The position numbers and the translations under genes were made by a program. DNA of 64,000 nt from positions 50,298,450-50,362,449 of the forward strand of contig NC_057718.1 in assembly GCF_004010195.1 (NCBI RefSeq), read 5' to 3'. This DNA comes from Chiloscyllium plagiosum (lineage: Eukaryota). Shown piece by piece: positions 36,910-50,996 of the stretch (its first letter is position 1; each line of letters begins with the position of its first letter). The notes under the pieces were generated by a model, which saw nothing but the letters and a program-made list of their open reading frames with translations, did not search any database and was not told the origin of the DNA.

Positions 36910-38941
36910 GTAATGACAGCATTATACACAGTATGATTTATACACTTGAAGAATGAAAGTCCTCAGTGCCCAATCTATCCTGGAGTTACCTCTTGACACT
37001 TTTTGGCTTTTACCTCTAATTTTTGCGATTGTATGTTTGCAAGTATACTTTCATCAATCAATCCCATCACTTTTTGTGAATACGTGCTCTGGCTTTAATT
37101 GCTTTCAGGCTTTCTAGTACTCAATAATATTTGTTCTACTTCACTTTGCTATTTAATTTGTGCTGATAAATGTCAAGGATTGGGTACTTCAACACTGAAG
37201 CAAATATTACACTGCGACCACAGTAATCAAATGCTTAATACTTGATGATTACATTTGCTAATCTTTCAGTTTTGATCAACAAGTTGTAATTGAAATGCAA
37301 GCCTACAATATACCATCAATCCTTTTGTAAATTTATAGTTAGGACAATTGAGTTTGTGACACAATGTACTATTAGTTTGAAATTTATGCTGCTGGAGCTG
37401 AACATTTTCACATGCCCTTCTTGTGAGAACAGTCTATCCTCTCTTTTGTGGCAATTTGCCAAATTGCCTTACTTTCTCTTGATAAGGCCATTTCTTCTTA
37501 AGAACTATGCATACAATTACTCAGCATAACAAAATATCCATTGTAATTCATCTTGCGTTCGATCTTTCAAACATCTTTAAATTTTTATCAATTTCTTCCT
37601 TGGGGTTAAAACTAGTCTGTATGCTAATATCAGGCAGTCTGCCAAAAATAGGAAGTGTACTCCAGAATTTTACAGCAAAGGCTTTGTCGCTTGAAGTTCT
37701 TTGAATCATCCACCTTCGAAGACTTGAAAAAATCCTGGAAAAATGATATTAACAAACTTTATGCTGCTTCTGCTAGGTTCCCACGGATTTTGTGTTGGAA
37801 TTGTGGTGAGTGATTGAGAGAGAACCTCCAAAACTTCCATTTTTAATATTCAGTGGGATGCAGAGAATGTTGAGTTGTCAGAAGTGTTCGCTTTCAAATG
37901 ACTGCTGCTCCCTGAAAGCCACGATTCGATAATATTAATGCCAGGAAAGCAGAGCCTCACTACATGAGACTACTTGGTACTACTGAGGAAATAAATGGCT
38001 TTCTTTTAGTCAAAAGGAGTGAAGGTTTGTCTTCAGAAGCCTCAAAATCAGACAGGCTAAACACGTGGAAAGAAAATAAATTACAATGACATATCTTAAT
38101 CCGCTGTTCAGGAAAATAATAATGTTGTAACAGTTGGAAGTCAGCACCAAAGAGAATGACTCCAATCCATAAATGTACGACTAGCAATCTATCTAACGCA
38201 GTCAGGTAGTCAAATTACAATGTTTAATATGGACATGAAAAACATTCAAATTGAAATCTACTGTTACCTTGGGTTTTTTTTTATTTGCTGAGCGTCAATC
38301 CACTCTTAATTAATACAGCACACTCTGAGGCTGAACGCTAATGATGCATCTTATTTAGCTCACACATTGAATGGCATGCAAAGAGTGTGTGGGATGTCAA
38401 ATAGTTGTATATAATCTCAGCCAGATAAATGTAAACTCATGATTGGACTTTGAACATCTGAGATGGGAAAGCATCTGTCTAGACAGGTCATGCCTGTACC
38501 CAATCCCATCAACATATCCTTTGAAATAAGAATTGAAATAACTTTGTTTTCATAAAAGATAGTGGTGGGCCATTATATTCCAGGTGTAACATTCTGTGGC
38601 ATTGTGCCATCTGTCTTTCTGATGTTACAATCTTTCAAAATGGAACTGAATGTGTTTGATCTCCCTCCTTGCTGTGTAACAACTAGTAAAAACAATCGAA
38701 ACAAATAGCTCACTATACATGCACCTTGAGACAGATTAAACAAACAAGGTGTAATAATATCAATAAAATTAACATAATGAGTTAAGTGTTTGTGCATATT
38801 TAATATAATTTTCATGAAGTATATTTAGAAACAAAATAACTCGTCAGCATCAAACCTAACAGGCACCCCAAAGAGAGATCATTGAGTAAATTTCATTGAA
38901 ATAATATTGATTGTATTATGCATTTTAAAGAGTATGATGGT

Positions 38942-39103
38942 TGATTGCTAAATTGTCCATAGTGTTCAGGAAGCTGTTGGTTAGGTACATTAGTTAGGGG
39001 TAAACATAGGGTAGGGGGAATGGATCTGGTTGGGTTACTCTTCAGAGAATTAGTGTGGATTTCTTGGGCCGAAGGTCTGTTTCCACACTGTAGGCATTCT
39101 ATG
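38942..39103 (+). mobile_element. HE1-type SINE, 3' half
   Basis: gctaaattgtccatagtg...ctgtttccacactgtagg. Confidence 0.8.
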
Positions 39104-39679
39104 ATGGATTAGGCTGATAATGATGCTTTTTTTTTACACACAAAAGGTCACCATTAAAGAGGATAACTACAATGAACTGAATGTTACTTTTTTCAGATTG
39201 TGTCAGTTGTTTCAAGTTTCAAGGAGGATTTTTCTCTACGAGGCCTACCAAGTTCTCACGCTGCATCTTATCAAAGTCTCCTCATTAATTACTTACCCTG
39301 ACCCTATAGTGCTTCTCTGACTATTTTATCATTAATAGCTCATTCTATCACCCACAGATCCTGGAACAACTTGTCATTCAATGGATATCCACTGAAAGAT
39401 GTGCATTCCTGGCGCCTGCATCACCTTTGAAAGGCTACTGTGTACTGGATGGGGACTGGCATTCCTGGTCAGTGAAGGCAAATCATTCTGAAAATGTTGA
39501 AGAAGGGGTAAATGTCAGCATGATTCTCCAACTGGGACTTGGTGGATGGGGTGGTCCATGGAGGACTAACAGAAGATGCCACACCACCACACTCTGGCAG
39601 CTTTGGCCGAGATCTTCACCCAGCTCAGTGTCATTTCTATATTCTGACAAATGGACAGCAGTGCTGCAAGAAGATTATT

Positions 39680-39985
39680 TGATTAGATTCTCTACAGTGT
39701 GGAAACAGGCCCTTCGGCCCAACAAGTCCACACCGACCCTCCGAAGACTAACTCACCCAGACCCATTTCCCTCTGACTAATGCACCTAACACTATGGGCA
39801 ATTTACCATGACCAATTCACCTAACCTGCACATCTTTGGACTGTGGGAGGAAACCGGAGCACCTGGAGGAAACCCACACAGACACTGGGAGAATGTGCAA
39901 ACTCCACATGGACAGTCTGCCTGAGGCTGGAATAGAATCTGGTACCCTGGTGTTGTGACACAGTAGTGCTAACTGCTGAGCCACC
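39680..39985 (-). mobile_element. HE1-type SINE
   Basis: ctacagtgtggaaacaggccc...gtgctaactgctgagccacc. Confidence 0.9.
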
Positions 39986-40267
39986 TCAGGAGGTCACCTA
40001 CTTTCACCTCACTCAATCCCTTCCTCTCTTCTATTATAGGAGAAAACTGCCATAAAATGGTGAAAAGACCTAGCATGGGTAGTGGGGTGCCCAACTTTAA
40101 ATTCCACACCCATTCAAAGGAGAGAATCCTGTCCTTCACAGGACAGGGCTGGAATCACTCCCATGGCTTGCCAAAACATCCAAGTCCTGCCAATCTGTGA
40201 GTTGTAAGTACCACTCTGCATTCCACTGCAACTGTCTCACATTAACCCCACTGTCAGTGTCATTTAT

Positions 40268-40557
40268 GATGTGAAGGTGCTGGTTTTAGACTGGGATGAA
40301 TGAGGTTAAAAATCACACATCACCAGGTTATAGTTGAACAGGTTTATTTGGAAGCATAAGGTTTCGGAGCAGTGCTCCTCCATCAGGTAGCTAATGGAGC
40401 AGGATCATAGGACACAGAATTCATAATAAATTACTGTGTAAATTCTGTGTCCTATAATCCTGCCCCACTAGCTACCTGATGAAGGAGCAGCGCTCTGAAA
40501 GCTTATACTGCCAAATAAACTTATTGGACTACAACCTGGTTTTGTGCAATTTTTAAC
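40268..40557. mobile_element. Fold-back PLE pLTR element (family B) with hammerhead motifs on both strands
   Basis: Inverted arms ~40304-40421 and ~40441-40557; ctgatgaaggagcagcgctctgaaagct starts at 40476. Confidence 0.8.
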
Positions 40558-40984
40558 AGTGCTGCTTTTTGCACATTACCTCTAATCACAGGCTTCAATA
40601 GCTTCTTTCTCTGGAGCTTTGCAGATACCAATGGGACCCTGTGGAGAAACAGGCAACTCCACCAGAAGGCACCTCCTCAATCGCTGAGAAGCTGGACTCA
40701 GGGATAGCATGGGCAAGGCTACCTCTCGTGCCCACAGCTAGTTCAAATGCTGACACCTTGGTGGGAATGTCAGGTTTACAGAGTTTGGGAGCGCTATCTG
40801 GTTGAGAACCTCCCTGCAATAACTCTGCAGCTGGGAGAAGAAGGAACATGTCAAGGCACTGGCACATAAAGGGCTGCTGGAGACCAGCCACCTGCTCAGC
40901 CTCAGGTAGGAGAGGACCCAGTGTGTCAGTGATCACAGACTTCATCAGAGTGCACAAGGAGACAGGTACATGCTTGGCGATCAT

Positions 40985-41400
40985 GCAGCCATCTGGACTT
41001 AATTATCGTGTTAAATAATTTTAGGGCTTGAACTCTCCAATGTCCTAACTCTCACTCCCACACTCTAGGCCTTGTTATCACACAGTCTGCTATTACACTC
41101 CACCCATTGTTGGCCACTAACAGTCCCCATTAAGAGCTATTCACCCTCCTACATTATTATCCAATTTTTTTGGCTGTCCAACTGTTCAAACTCTTTGGGT
41201 TCTATCGCCACCTATCATTTACTGTTTACCCACTACCCTCACCCTATCTTCTGCATAAAACCTGGCATTTTCCTAGCTACCAACAGTTCTGAGGAAGGGT
41301 CACCAGACTTCTTTTTACAGATGCTGCCAGACCTACTCAGCTTTTCCGCCATTTTCTGTTTTCATTTCTGATTTACAGCACCCAGAGGTCTTTCAAGTTT
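40985..41400 (+). mobile_element. PLE 3' end fragment
   Basis: Homologous to 45900-46265. Confidence 0.65.
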
Positions 41401-41920
41401 GACCTAAAGTAAGTAAATTCCCTTTGTGGAAGGCTGAGCATTCTTACATTTAAGCAAAATTCCAGGTTAGGAAGCTAAAACATGGCTTAAATTATCAGAG
41501 TTTATAAAGGAATATTGTTATAGTCATTTCAAATTACCAGGAAAAAGCTGCAAAAGAAGATCTTTAAAAGAAAGGATGTTCATTAACAATATCAGTAACA
41601 ATGCAGCAGAAATTGACTAATGAGAGTGAAAAATAAATGAAGGTAGAGAAACAATGTAATTACAGTGTGTTGAAGTAAGATGAACTTTAATTGCATTTCA
41701 GAATATGTTCTTAAAAATACACGATGATGCCTTGTTTGCCCATCATAAATGGTGTGAATAAACATAACATTTATGAAAAGGGAAAGAAGAGAAGAAAAAT
41801 CTTCATTAAAACAACAAGCTTCTTAATGACAAAACTTTATTTGCAACATATCTTTATTTTACAATAATTTTTAAAACCTTACAAAGCTAAAAAAAAGTTG
41901 CTGTCCAAGACTTAATGTTT

Positions 41921-42230
41921 GCAGCACGGTGGGTCAGTGTTCTTCACAGCACCAGGGACCTGGGTGCGATTCCAGCTCAGGTGACTGTCTGTGTGGAGTC
42001 TGCACATTCTCCCCGTGTCTGCATGGGTTTCCTCTAGGTGCTCTGGTTTCCTTCCACAGTCCAAAAATGTGCAGGTCAGGCGAATTAGCCATACTAAATT
42101 GTCCATAAAGTTCAGGGATGTTTAGGTTAGGTGCATTAGTCAGGAGTAAATGTAGAGTAGTGGGGTGGGGGAGTGGATCTGGCTGGGTTGCTCTTCAGAG
42201 GGGCCAGTTTCCACATTGTAGGGATTCTAC
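41921..42230 (+). mobile_element. HE1-type SINE
   Basis: gcagcacggtgg...gtctgtgtggagtctgcacattctcccc...ccacattgtagggattct. Confidence 0.88.
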
Positions 42231-42539
42231 AATTTAACACATCTGATGTGCTTATCCAACATAAAACACAGAAGAGCAAGACTAATCTGCAAGCAACTAA
42301 AACTTTCCTGCAACAGCTTTCAAGTAAATCATTTAAATGAGAGAAGCATTAGAATCAAAAATACTTTGGCTGTGGAACTAATTTAGATTAGATAGAAAAG
42401 GCAATCCCTGTGATACAGAATTGTTTCCAGTTAAGCAATAAGTTTAAAGAAAAACAAGTACACACAGTTATTTATTCTGACATCTGTCCAGTTACAGATG
42501 AGGTTTTAAAATTATAGAATGTCAGTGAGGAGACAAATA

Positions 42540-43800
42540 CCTTTGATAATGTTGTTAGAGCATTTGACAATTAGTTTACATTAAGAGCTAGCATTATGAT
42601 GGAGTGAGTAAGATTTAACTGAAGAATCCAACTTCGAGAAGAACCTTTATTAAGGATCTTTTATACATTGTCAGAAGTTTATGACTATGATGATTTACAA
42701 CGAGAACTAATTCAAGACAGATTTGTGGTCAGACTACGATCAAATGATAGACTGACACAAACCATCTTGAAACCCTTTAGAATTTGATAGAGTTCAATGT
42801 TCCAGATGAATGTTAAAGGAACCATCAAAATAGAAACATTATCCAGTTTTATCATGCCAATGCAACTTCTTGTAAGAAATTGGAACAACTATAGAAGATG
42901 TGCCAAAGTGAAAAACAATCATCGAACTAATAATGCTTACTTGCACAAAGACATTAACATCTGACAGCAAGCATCTTTGGAAGATGTTCCAGGATACATC
43001 TCTATTACATAAATCTCATGGTATGCCATCTTAAAGATGTGGATCAACCATTTCTTGTGATAATAGGTGACTTCTCTAAACATGACATGACAGAAATTAT
43101 ACAGGGTAATGGTAATCAAACTCATTTCAAACTTGACACCATTGTGATTGTTACTATTTTATCTGAATGTCAATCCTTGGTTAAGCAGAATAAAACTACA
43201 AGATTTTTGGCAGAGAACTGCATGATACAGCCAGAACTTTGCTCAACATCAAAGCAAAGCAAAAAGTAGTCTTAAAACACCAACATAGCCACCAAGTGGA
43301 ACAGGTGTACTACATCAAAACGTAACGCCTCTCAGTCTGAGTAGAAAACTGGCATCACTCTGAAAATCCTATTGAATGTTGAAGAATCTCAACCAGCTCA
43401 GAAGCAAAGTGCCAGTGATCAACATAACTTTACCCACTAGAGGAAGACTTCATAGGTATCAAAAGAATGTCTATTGAAGCAAGAGAAAATATACTTATAG
43501 CTAGATTATTTCGTTTGATGTCGAACATTTCTGCACAATTGAAAAATCAGAAAATGTTGCTGATTTCTCAGCTTTGGAGAAATTTTCCAACTGTTATCCC
43601 ATTGTGAATGATTCTTCAAAAGCTGATCACCAAGAGCTAGTAGTAGACTTGATGATGATGTCATGCTAAAAGCATACGTGCAAGAATGGAAGGATCACAT
43701 GCGAGTCTACCGTATCACAATGTCAGAAAGGAAAAGATTATTTCACTAAGAAACACAACTGTCTTCTCTGATGCATTGTGAAAAAAATTAAGAATGCTCC
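42540..43800 (+). mobile_element. Highly decayed Gypsy gag-pol remnant
   Basis: YTLSEVYDYDDLQRELIQDRFVVRL (gag-like); THFKLDTIVIVTILSE (protease DTG-like). Confidence 0.6.
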
Positions 43801-44109
43801 AAATGGAGTAGACATTCAACAGCAACTTTTATGCCTGAAAATATCATTTGTAATCTACATCCCCTTTTAAGTTTCCACACTTGTTTAAAATTAAAACTGA
43901 ACATATCCTCTGCTGAAGACTTTATGTGGGCATCTTCCCCACTCCGTGACAGTAACTTAGACTAATCCCAATAAGAAGGATTGGTAGCTGTGAATCTAAG
44001 CAGAAGGCTCCTGTGGACATGACCACAGTATATAACATACAGGGAGTGCTGGTATTTGAAAAAGATAACATACTCATCCAGCAAGTTACATTCCTGAGTT
44101 AACGTATAA

Positions 44110-44540
44110 AAAAAGGTGACATCTCAGCTCAGATTGTGACATTTTATAAATTCCTACTTTGGAAATAGAACCAGTCTGACTCAAGATTGGGATAAAGACA
44201 GACTCTAACCTCACACCTTTAATGCACTGTCTCAGCTGAGATGTCACCTTTTGTCTGTGACATCTTAAGTTATCTCAGGATTTGAAAGAAGTTCTAGGAG
44301 TTGCATATTAATGAATCAAAATCTGTAACCAATTCTAAAAGATGAAAGATTTAACAGCATTCTAGGTTTGCTCAATATATACCGTCAGTTGCATGACACT
44401 GTGATCTTGTGCTATAAATCTTGTCTTGGTAATCCTGCCCAACTAGGTACCTGATGAAGGAGCAGTGCTCTGAAAGCTAGTACTTCCAAGTAAACCTGTT
44501 GGACTATAACCTGGTGTTGTGTGATTTTTAACTTTGTCCA
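44110..44540 (+). mobile_element. PLE 3' pLTR fragment (family B) with hammerhead motif
   Basis: Homologous to 22725-23130; GTAC-CTGATGA-A-GGAGC-AGT-GCTCT-GAAA-GCTA-GTAC at 44447-44483. Confidence 0.85.
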
Positions 44541-45239
44541 TACTCATCTAGATAAGTGGACAGTATTTCAACACACTCCTGACCTGTGCTTTGTAGGTGG
44601 GGGTGAGTCTTGAAGAATTGGGGAGATAAGTTACTCACTGCAGTATTCCTAAACTCTGACTTGCTCTTGGAAACCCACACTTCCCCTCTCCTAGTCTGTG
44701 CATCATCTGCTAATGAGAACAGCTTCTGTCGACTTTATTTGAAACTGTTACAATCTTGAGCACTTGTACCAAATCTATCCTCAATATTCTTTGTTCCAAG
44801 GGGAAAAAAAACATTAATTTATCCAACCTAACCTTTTAGCTGAAGTCCTTCATCACTGGAACTACTCTGGCATATGTCTTCTGCATCTTCTCAAGAACCC
44901 ATGCATTCTTACTAATGGGTGATAATCAGAACTGTACCTTAGACAAAGTTTTATAGATGTTCAGTGTAACTTTCCTGCTTTACATAAATATGTATAATTA
45001 TGAAGCCCAAGATTCCCTATGCATTGTGAACTACTCTCTCAGTGTCTCCTATTACCTTCAAAGATCCATGCACGTGTATCCGCAGATCTTGGTACACCCT
45101 TTGGTATTGTCTCCCTCTCTCTTTTCCTTGCTCCAAAATATATCATCACATACTCTTCAATATTAAATTCCAGCTGAAATTCATCTGCCCCTACTACTAA
45201 AAATAAAGATGGGAAACCATTAAATATGGAATGCACATT

Positions 45240-46265
45240 TTAAGTTGAACACACCACCTCTACCAGCAAGATAATTCACACGACGGCTTCAGCCTCAGCT
45301 CTCACCCCCTCTCTTCAATCCAATAATAAGGTCTCCCTTGTCCTCACCTACCAGCCCATCTGCATCCACATCCAGAGGATCATTAGCTGCCATTTCTGCA
45401 AACTCCAGCAGGATGGCACCATTAAACACATATCTCCCTCCCCTCCCTTGTCACACTTCCACAAGGTCTGTTCCCTCCAGGGCATCCTGGTTCACTCCTC
45501 CTGTATTCCCAACCCGCCAAGCCCCATATCTTCCCTTGCAATTGCAGAAGGTGTAACACCTGCCCATTTACTTCCTCCCTCTTCAGTATCCAAGGAACCA
45601 AACACACATTCCAGTTGAAGCAGTGCTTTACCTGTGCTTCACTCAATCTTGTCTACTGCATTCGCTGCTCATAATGTGATCTTCTCTACATTGGGGATAC
45701 AAAGTGCAGACCACGTGGCTGTTCACAGAACGCCTATATTCTGTCTGCAAAAGTAACCCTGAGCTTCTAATTGCTTGCCACTTCAACGCACCATCTGGTC
45801 TCTGGCCAACATCTCATTCTCAGGCTTGCTGCAATGCTCCAGTGAAGTTCAGTGCAAGCTGGAAGAACAGCACCTCATTTTCCAGTTGCGAACCCTACAG
45901 CCTCTGGACTCAATGTTAAATTCAATAATTTTAAGGGACCTTTTCCCATCCTTATTTATACTCTACACATGATCAGTCATTATATACAACCTATTACTGG
46001 CCACAAGTGGACCCCACTGGGAGCTATGCATTCACCTGGGCTGACTGTTATCCACTCCTTTCTGTTGAATGGCCCTCTCTCTTTGGGGTCTATCTGTACT
46101 CATCATTTACTCCTAATACCCTACCCACACTGCATCTTCTGCATAAAACACAATCTTTTCCTAGCTACCATCACTTCTAAAGAGGGGTCCCTGGACACAA
46201 AACATTAACTCTGATTTCTCTCCATAGATGCTGCCAGGCCTGCTGACTTTTTCCAGCAATTTCTA
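45240..46265 (+). mobile_element. Penelope-like element, GIY-YIG half
   Basis: LVLTYQP..HIQRII..HF, CNCRRCNTCPF, NLVYCIRCS*CDLLYIGDTK, IACHFN. Confidence 0.85.
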
Positions 46266-47143
46266 AATTCCTTATCACCTTTGTCTCAAATGTGGGACCC
46301 CTTATTCTAAGATAATGCCTCTGGTCCCGGAGTCTCCCACAAGGGAAAACAACCTTTCCATTTCTACGCTGTCAAGTCCCCTAAGAATCACATATGTGCC
46401 AATAATGTCACCTCTCATTCTTTTATCTTATAATGAAATAGGTCTAAACTACTCAACCTGTCCTTATAAGACATAATGCTCAGTAGCAGCAGTGTGTACT
46501 ATCTAGAAGATGCACTCTAGAAATTCACCAAAGATCTGTACGTTGCACCTTGCAAACCCATGAACACTTGCACCTGAAAGGACAAGGACCAATTATACAT
46601 GGGAACACTACCAACTGCTATTTACACTCCAAGCCATTCACCATTCTGACTTGGAAATATATCACAGTTCCTTCACAATCACTGGGTCAAAATCCTGTAG
46701 TTGCCTCCTTAAAGGCATTATTCTACCTATAGCATATGGACTGCAGTTCAAGAAGGCAGCTCACCACCATCTTCTCAAGGGCAACTAAGACCTGGCAATA
46801 AATGCTGGTCAGCCAATGATGCATGCCCTATATGGGTGAGAATTAAAAAAATGTCCCTCTTTCTGCAGGATCAGCCAAGCGAACCTTCATTTGACTGCCT
46901 CCAATGCAAATGTATCTCTTCTGAGTTAACAAGCCCAAAACGGTTCATTGTATTTCAGCTGTGGCCTGACTAATGCCTCATATATTTTTACAAAAAACTC
47001 CCTACTTTTATACTTCATTCTCTTTGAAATAAAGGCCAGCATTCAATTTGCCTTCACTTATTACTCAGTCAACTTGGATGCAAGCATTTAATGACTCATG
47101 ATGAGGACATCCAGATCCCTCTTGTCTGCAGTATTTTGCAGTC

Positions 47144-47352
47144 AAGATTAGAGTGGTGCTGGAAAAGCACAGCAGGTCACGCAGCATCCGAGGAGCAGGA
47201 AAATCGATGGTTTGGGAAGGAGCCCTGATGAAGTGCTCCGGCCTGAAACATCGATTTTCCTGCTCCTTGGATGCTGCGTGACCTGCTGTGCTCTTCCAGC
47301 ACTACTCTAATCTTGACTCTAATCTTCAGCATCTGCAGTCCTCACTTTCACC
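47144..47352. mobile_element. Mini fold-back PLE element with hammerhead-like core
   Basis: Arms ~47141-47209 and 47249-47317; CTGATGA at 47225; direct repeat CTG(C/T)AGTATTTTGCAGTC at 47126-47143 and 47353-47370. Confidence 0.85.
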
Positions 47353-48689
47353 CTGTAGTATTTTGCAGTCTTTCTCAATTTGAATAATATTTAAGCTCCT
47401 CTACTCTTCCTACCAAATTTATGTCCTCACCCTTCCCCACAGAATCTTCCATCTGACAAGTTTTTGTCCATCACTGAATTTGTTTAGATTCCTCCACCGA
47501 CTGTTTGTGTTATCCTCACCAACTGTCTTTCTATTTTTGTGTATTCACAAACTTGACTACTGTTCCTTTATTTTCCTTATCCAAGTCATCAATTCATCAT
47601 TTCAGAGCCATTTTTCCATTATTACTACTACACCATATTCACACAGTTATAAGTCCTTATAGCTCAGCAACCTTATTTAACTTTGTGTGTTTACATACAT
47701 GTATTTAAAATTTGTCTTTGCATTCTTTGCAAATCTACTTAGTTTGCAACTATATAACATGGTAGAATAGTATTTCCTCCTCTAGTAATATCCAAAGTTG
47801 TTATGTAGTTTGCCTCTCTTATGCTGGAGTGCATCCCCCTGCCAATTCAGTTTAAACTTTCGCTAATCCAACTCATGAACCTTCCCAAGAGGATATTGGC
47901 CCCAGTCCTGCTAAGGTGCAACAATATATTCCAAATACTCCCATCTGGCTGGGACTAATGCCCAAAGACTCTAAAACTCTCTTCTTACACCGTGACTCAA
48001 ATTACAAATTGATCTTCTCTACCTTCTGAATTCTATTCTAGCTGGTACCTGCCATTGTGAGTAACCTACAGCTTATCACCTTTGCAATTTAAATAAGATT
48101 AAAGATGATGTCAAACTGTTTGCTATTTCCATATCTATTTCCCTTGGCAAATTGGCATGCAACCCACCTGGATAAGGCTAATCTTCCATTCCCCATTTCT
48201 CAATCCAATTTGCTCAGCTCATACCCCAGAATCTCATCCTTCCTTGTTTGCACAAGAACATAATGATCAAGGAATTTCCCCTGACACTTTCCTACATTTT
48301 AATTTCTTCCATAGGCCCTAAAAATCTGAACATAGGATTTGCAGATATTGAGGTCCTATGCCCTTAGCACTGATGTGTACTTTAAACCTTGACTAATTAT
48401 TTTCTTCCTGCAGAAAATTCTGTCCTCTCCAAGCTGCCCATTATCCTGGTACAGGGTGGCAACACATGATAAGGAACTCATAAAGTTGGTTATAGCAGTG
48501 CCTGCTTGTCTCCCATCCCTTTGTTGTACCCTTCTCTGCAGTCCTGTGTCAATAGGTGACAGAAAGTGAACAGAACGCTTTCACATATCAGCACTTCCAG
48601 AAGTTGCCAATACTGAGAACTGGCTACAGAGCATGATACTGATATTCCTGACACATCTTACTTTTTAAGATGGCCATCGTGATGATACT

Positions 48690-49230
48690 GCTGTTTTAAC
48701 AAGGTTATGTTGCCCTTGGCATTTTTTAGGGAGGTCGTAAAAGTAGCAATTCTGAAAAGTTTGACTTTTGATGGGTTTTAGGGCCAGCTTGATTATAGCT
48801 AACAGATACTGCCTCAAGAAAAGGGCTTTCAAATAAAAAAAATTGAACAATGAAAGAGGAGTGGCCAGTTCTCCCAGGTCAGCTTTACTCTGGTTTGATT
48901 TGGTTTTTGGCAGTCTGGCTAATCACTGAAAGCAGTCAGGCAGTTTGAGGCTGCTGATCTTAGAAACACTGACATGGAAGAGGTTGTTCCATGCTGCCAT
49001 CTTTCTCTCTCTCTCTCTCTCCTGTAGGACCCTGCGTTTGATTTTTCCTTTCGTGCTAAGGGGTGTTTATGGGGATTGCTGCAAGTATTTGGAAAGCATC
49101 ATTAAGTTGGGATAATCTGTTGGGTTTTCAGATAGGTTAAGTTATTGTCTATTCTGTTCTCTTTTGTTTGTGTTTCATTCAGTAATCTTGTAAATAAATT
49201 CTGTTTTGTTTAAAACTAAGTGGTATTGAG
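48690..49230 (+). mobile_element. Possible solo LTR
   Basis: Begins tgttg; CT microsatellite 49003-49021; T-rich U5-like part with aataaa; no internal ORF. Confidence 0.4.
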
Positions 49231-50752
49231 CCCTAACCCTGAGCCCTCAAGCAAGCTATCGGAAATCATCACATGATATGTGACCACACATAATATCACC
49301 ACCACTAGTCAGGCCCTTAATGGTCATTACTTGTTCACAAGGAGTCTCAGTTCACTAGAGTGAACAAGTGGACAAGCAATCCCCTGCCATATCACTTGAC
49401 TTCCCATCCCTCCCCAGCAGCTTGCAGTGTTCTGATCAAGTTAAGGGGTGCAGTGAAAAACTTCCAGCCAATGTTTCAGTTTAACAATGAGAAACGCTGG
49501 CTGATGTGAAAGTTTAACCTGATTTATCTCTCCACATATACTGCCTCATCTACTAAGTGATTGCATCTTTTTTTTTCATTTCAGGTTTCTAGATTCTGCA
49601 GTATCTTCATTTCACTTAAAACTGTGGCCAGATGGGCTGCTCAAAATAATGAACTTACGATGGGAAATGATGAACTTGTCATGAAGTTACAAAAGGTGGG
49701 CAATGATTAAAGCATGCTGGGAAATGGAACCCAGTCATGGCTGTGCAAAATAACATGCTGCTGAATCAAACAGACTGCAGCCACCAACTGATGGTTTGCA
49801 ACTAACTTGGTAGCTGCAGACCATACAATACACACCTGAATTTAGGTTTGAGTGGTGACAATGGACATCGTCCTCAGGACAATCGGAAATATCAAGGTGC
49901 GTACCAGACACAGAGGTGCCTCACACCCTTATTTGGAGCAGGCTACGTGTACCCAGGACCTCGAGGAATGGAGGCGGAAGGACAATCCTGCCATCAACAT
50001 GCCAGTGCCTGGTTGGGTCTGATAGATCAGGGTGATTGAGCCCGATCGATCTGTTGGAGGACAATCAAGACCCTTCCAAAAGAACATGAAGACTTTGGAG
50101 TATAAAAATCGCTGTAACACCAAGCTCAGGAGCAGTAACTCGAGAATGACAACCAAGAAGAGAAGACAGCCCTGAGATCATCAGGAGAAGACCAGACAAC
50201 ATCAACACGTAGAACATGGCCAAGTTCTAGTGTGGTGGGATATCTTCATCCAGAGATAAGTTAAAGCACAGATCGATTTGCATAGTAAATTGTTAGTTTA
50301 TAGTGTATTTTGTTGTTATAGTACTAATTATAGTACAAATATTGTTGTTTATTATTATTGAAATAACTCACAGTTCTTTTGCTGGTATATGAGTTAAAAC
50401 ACACTGTGTGGCAAGTGCAAAAACATCTAATCAAGCTCTGACTTTGTGACATTTATAGATATGCCTTTGTCCATCCGTAACCATTCTGATGGTTGATACG
50501 TGTTGATATATTATTTTATAGCAAATTGATCATTTAGATTCACCTTTTTAAGGTTTTCTTGATAGTTAAGGTGTTTAAGACTGGGGTAGATCTCGCAACT
50601 TACCTCTGAACCTTTTCCAAAGTCTCAATATCACATATTACATGAAGGGATCAAGACTGGACACAGTATTTCAAACAAGGACATAATAAATTAGGACTGG
50701 TCTATGCCAGTGTGAACGTTTGTCTTAAATGGCATGGCAAGTCTTAATCACC

Positions 50753-50996
50753 TAGGCAAAAGTGAGGACTGCAAATGCTGGAAATCAGAATCTAGTTTAG
50801 AGTGGTGTTGGAAAAGCATAGTGGATCAGGTAGATCCGAGGAGCAGGAAAATCGATGTTTCGGGCAAAAGCCGTTCATCAGGAATGAAGGCTATGTGGTG
50901 CCTGATGAAGGGCTTTTGCCCGAAATGTCGATTTTCCTGCTCCTCAGATGCTGCTTGTCCCGCTGTGCTTTTCCAGCACCACTCTAATCTAGACCC
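50753..50996. mobile_element. Mini fold-back PLE element with two divergently oriented hammerhead motifs
   Basis: Arms ~50791-50882 and 50901-50993; direct repeat CAAGTCTT(A/C)ATCACC at 50738-50752 and 50997-51011. Confidence 0.88.

Larger units (their letters stand above)
44700..48300 (-). mobile_element. Fragmented old CR1 LINE pieces, interrupted by younger inserts
   Basis: CR1 ORF2-like blocks at ~44700-45230, 46270-46470 and 46860-47600; ORF1-like block ccccctgccaattcagtttaaac...ggatattggccccagtcctg at ~47835-48070. Confidence 0.6.

Noticed and set aside
37545..37734. Phase-2 acceptor followed by IFSSLRRWMIQRTSSDKAF as a possible exon 2
   Set aside because: No donor at 72 or 75 nt, not LRR consensus, runs to a stop
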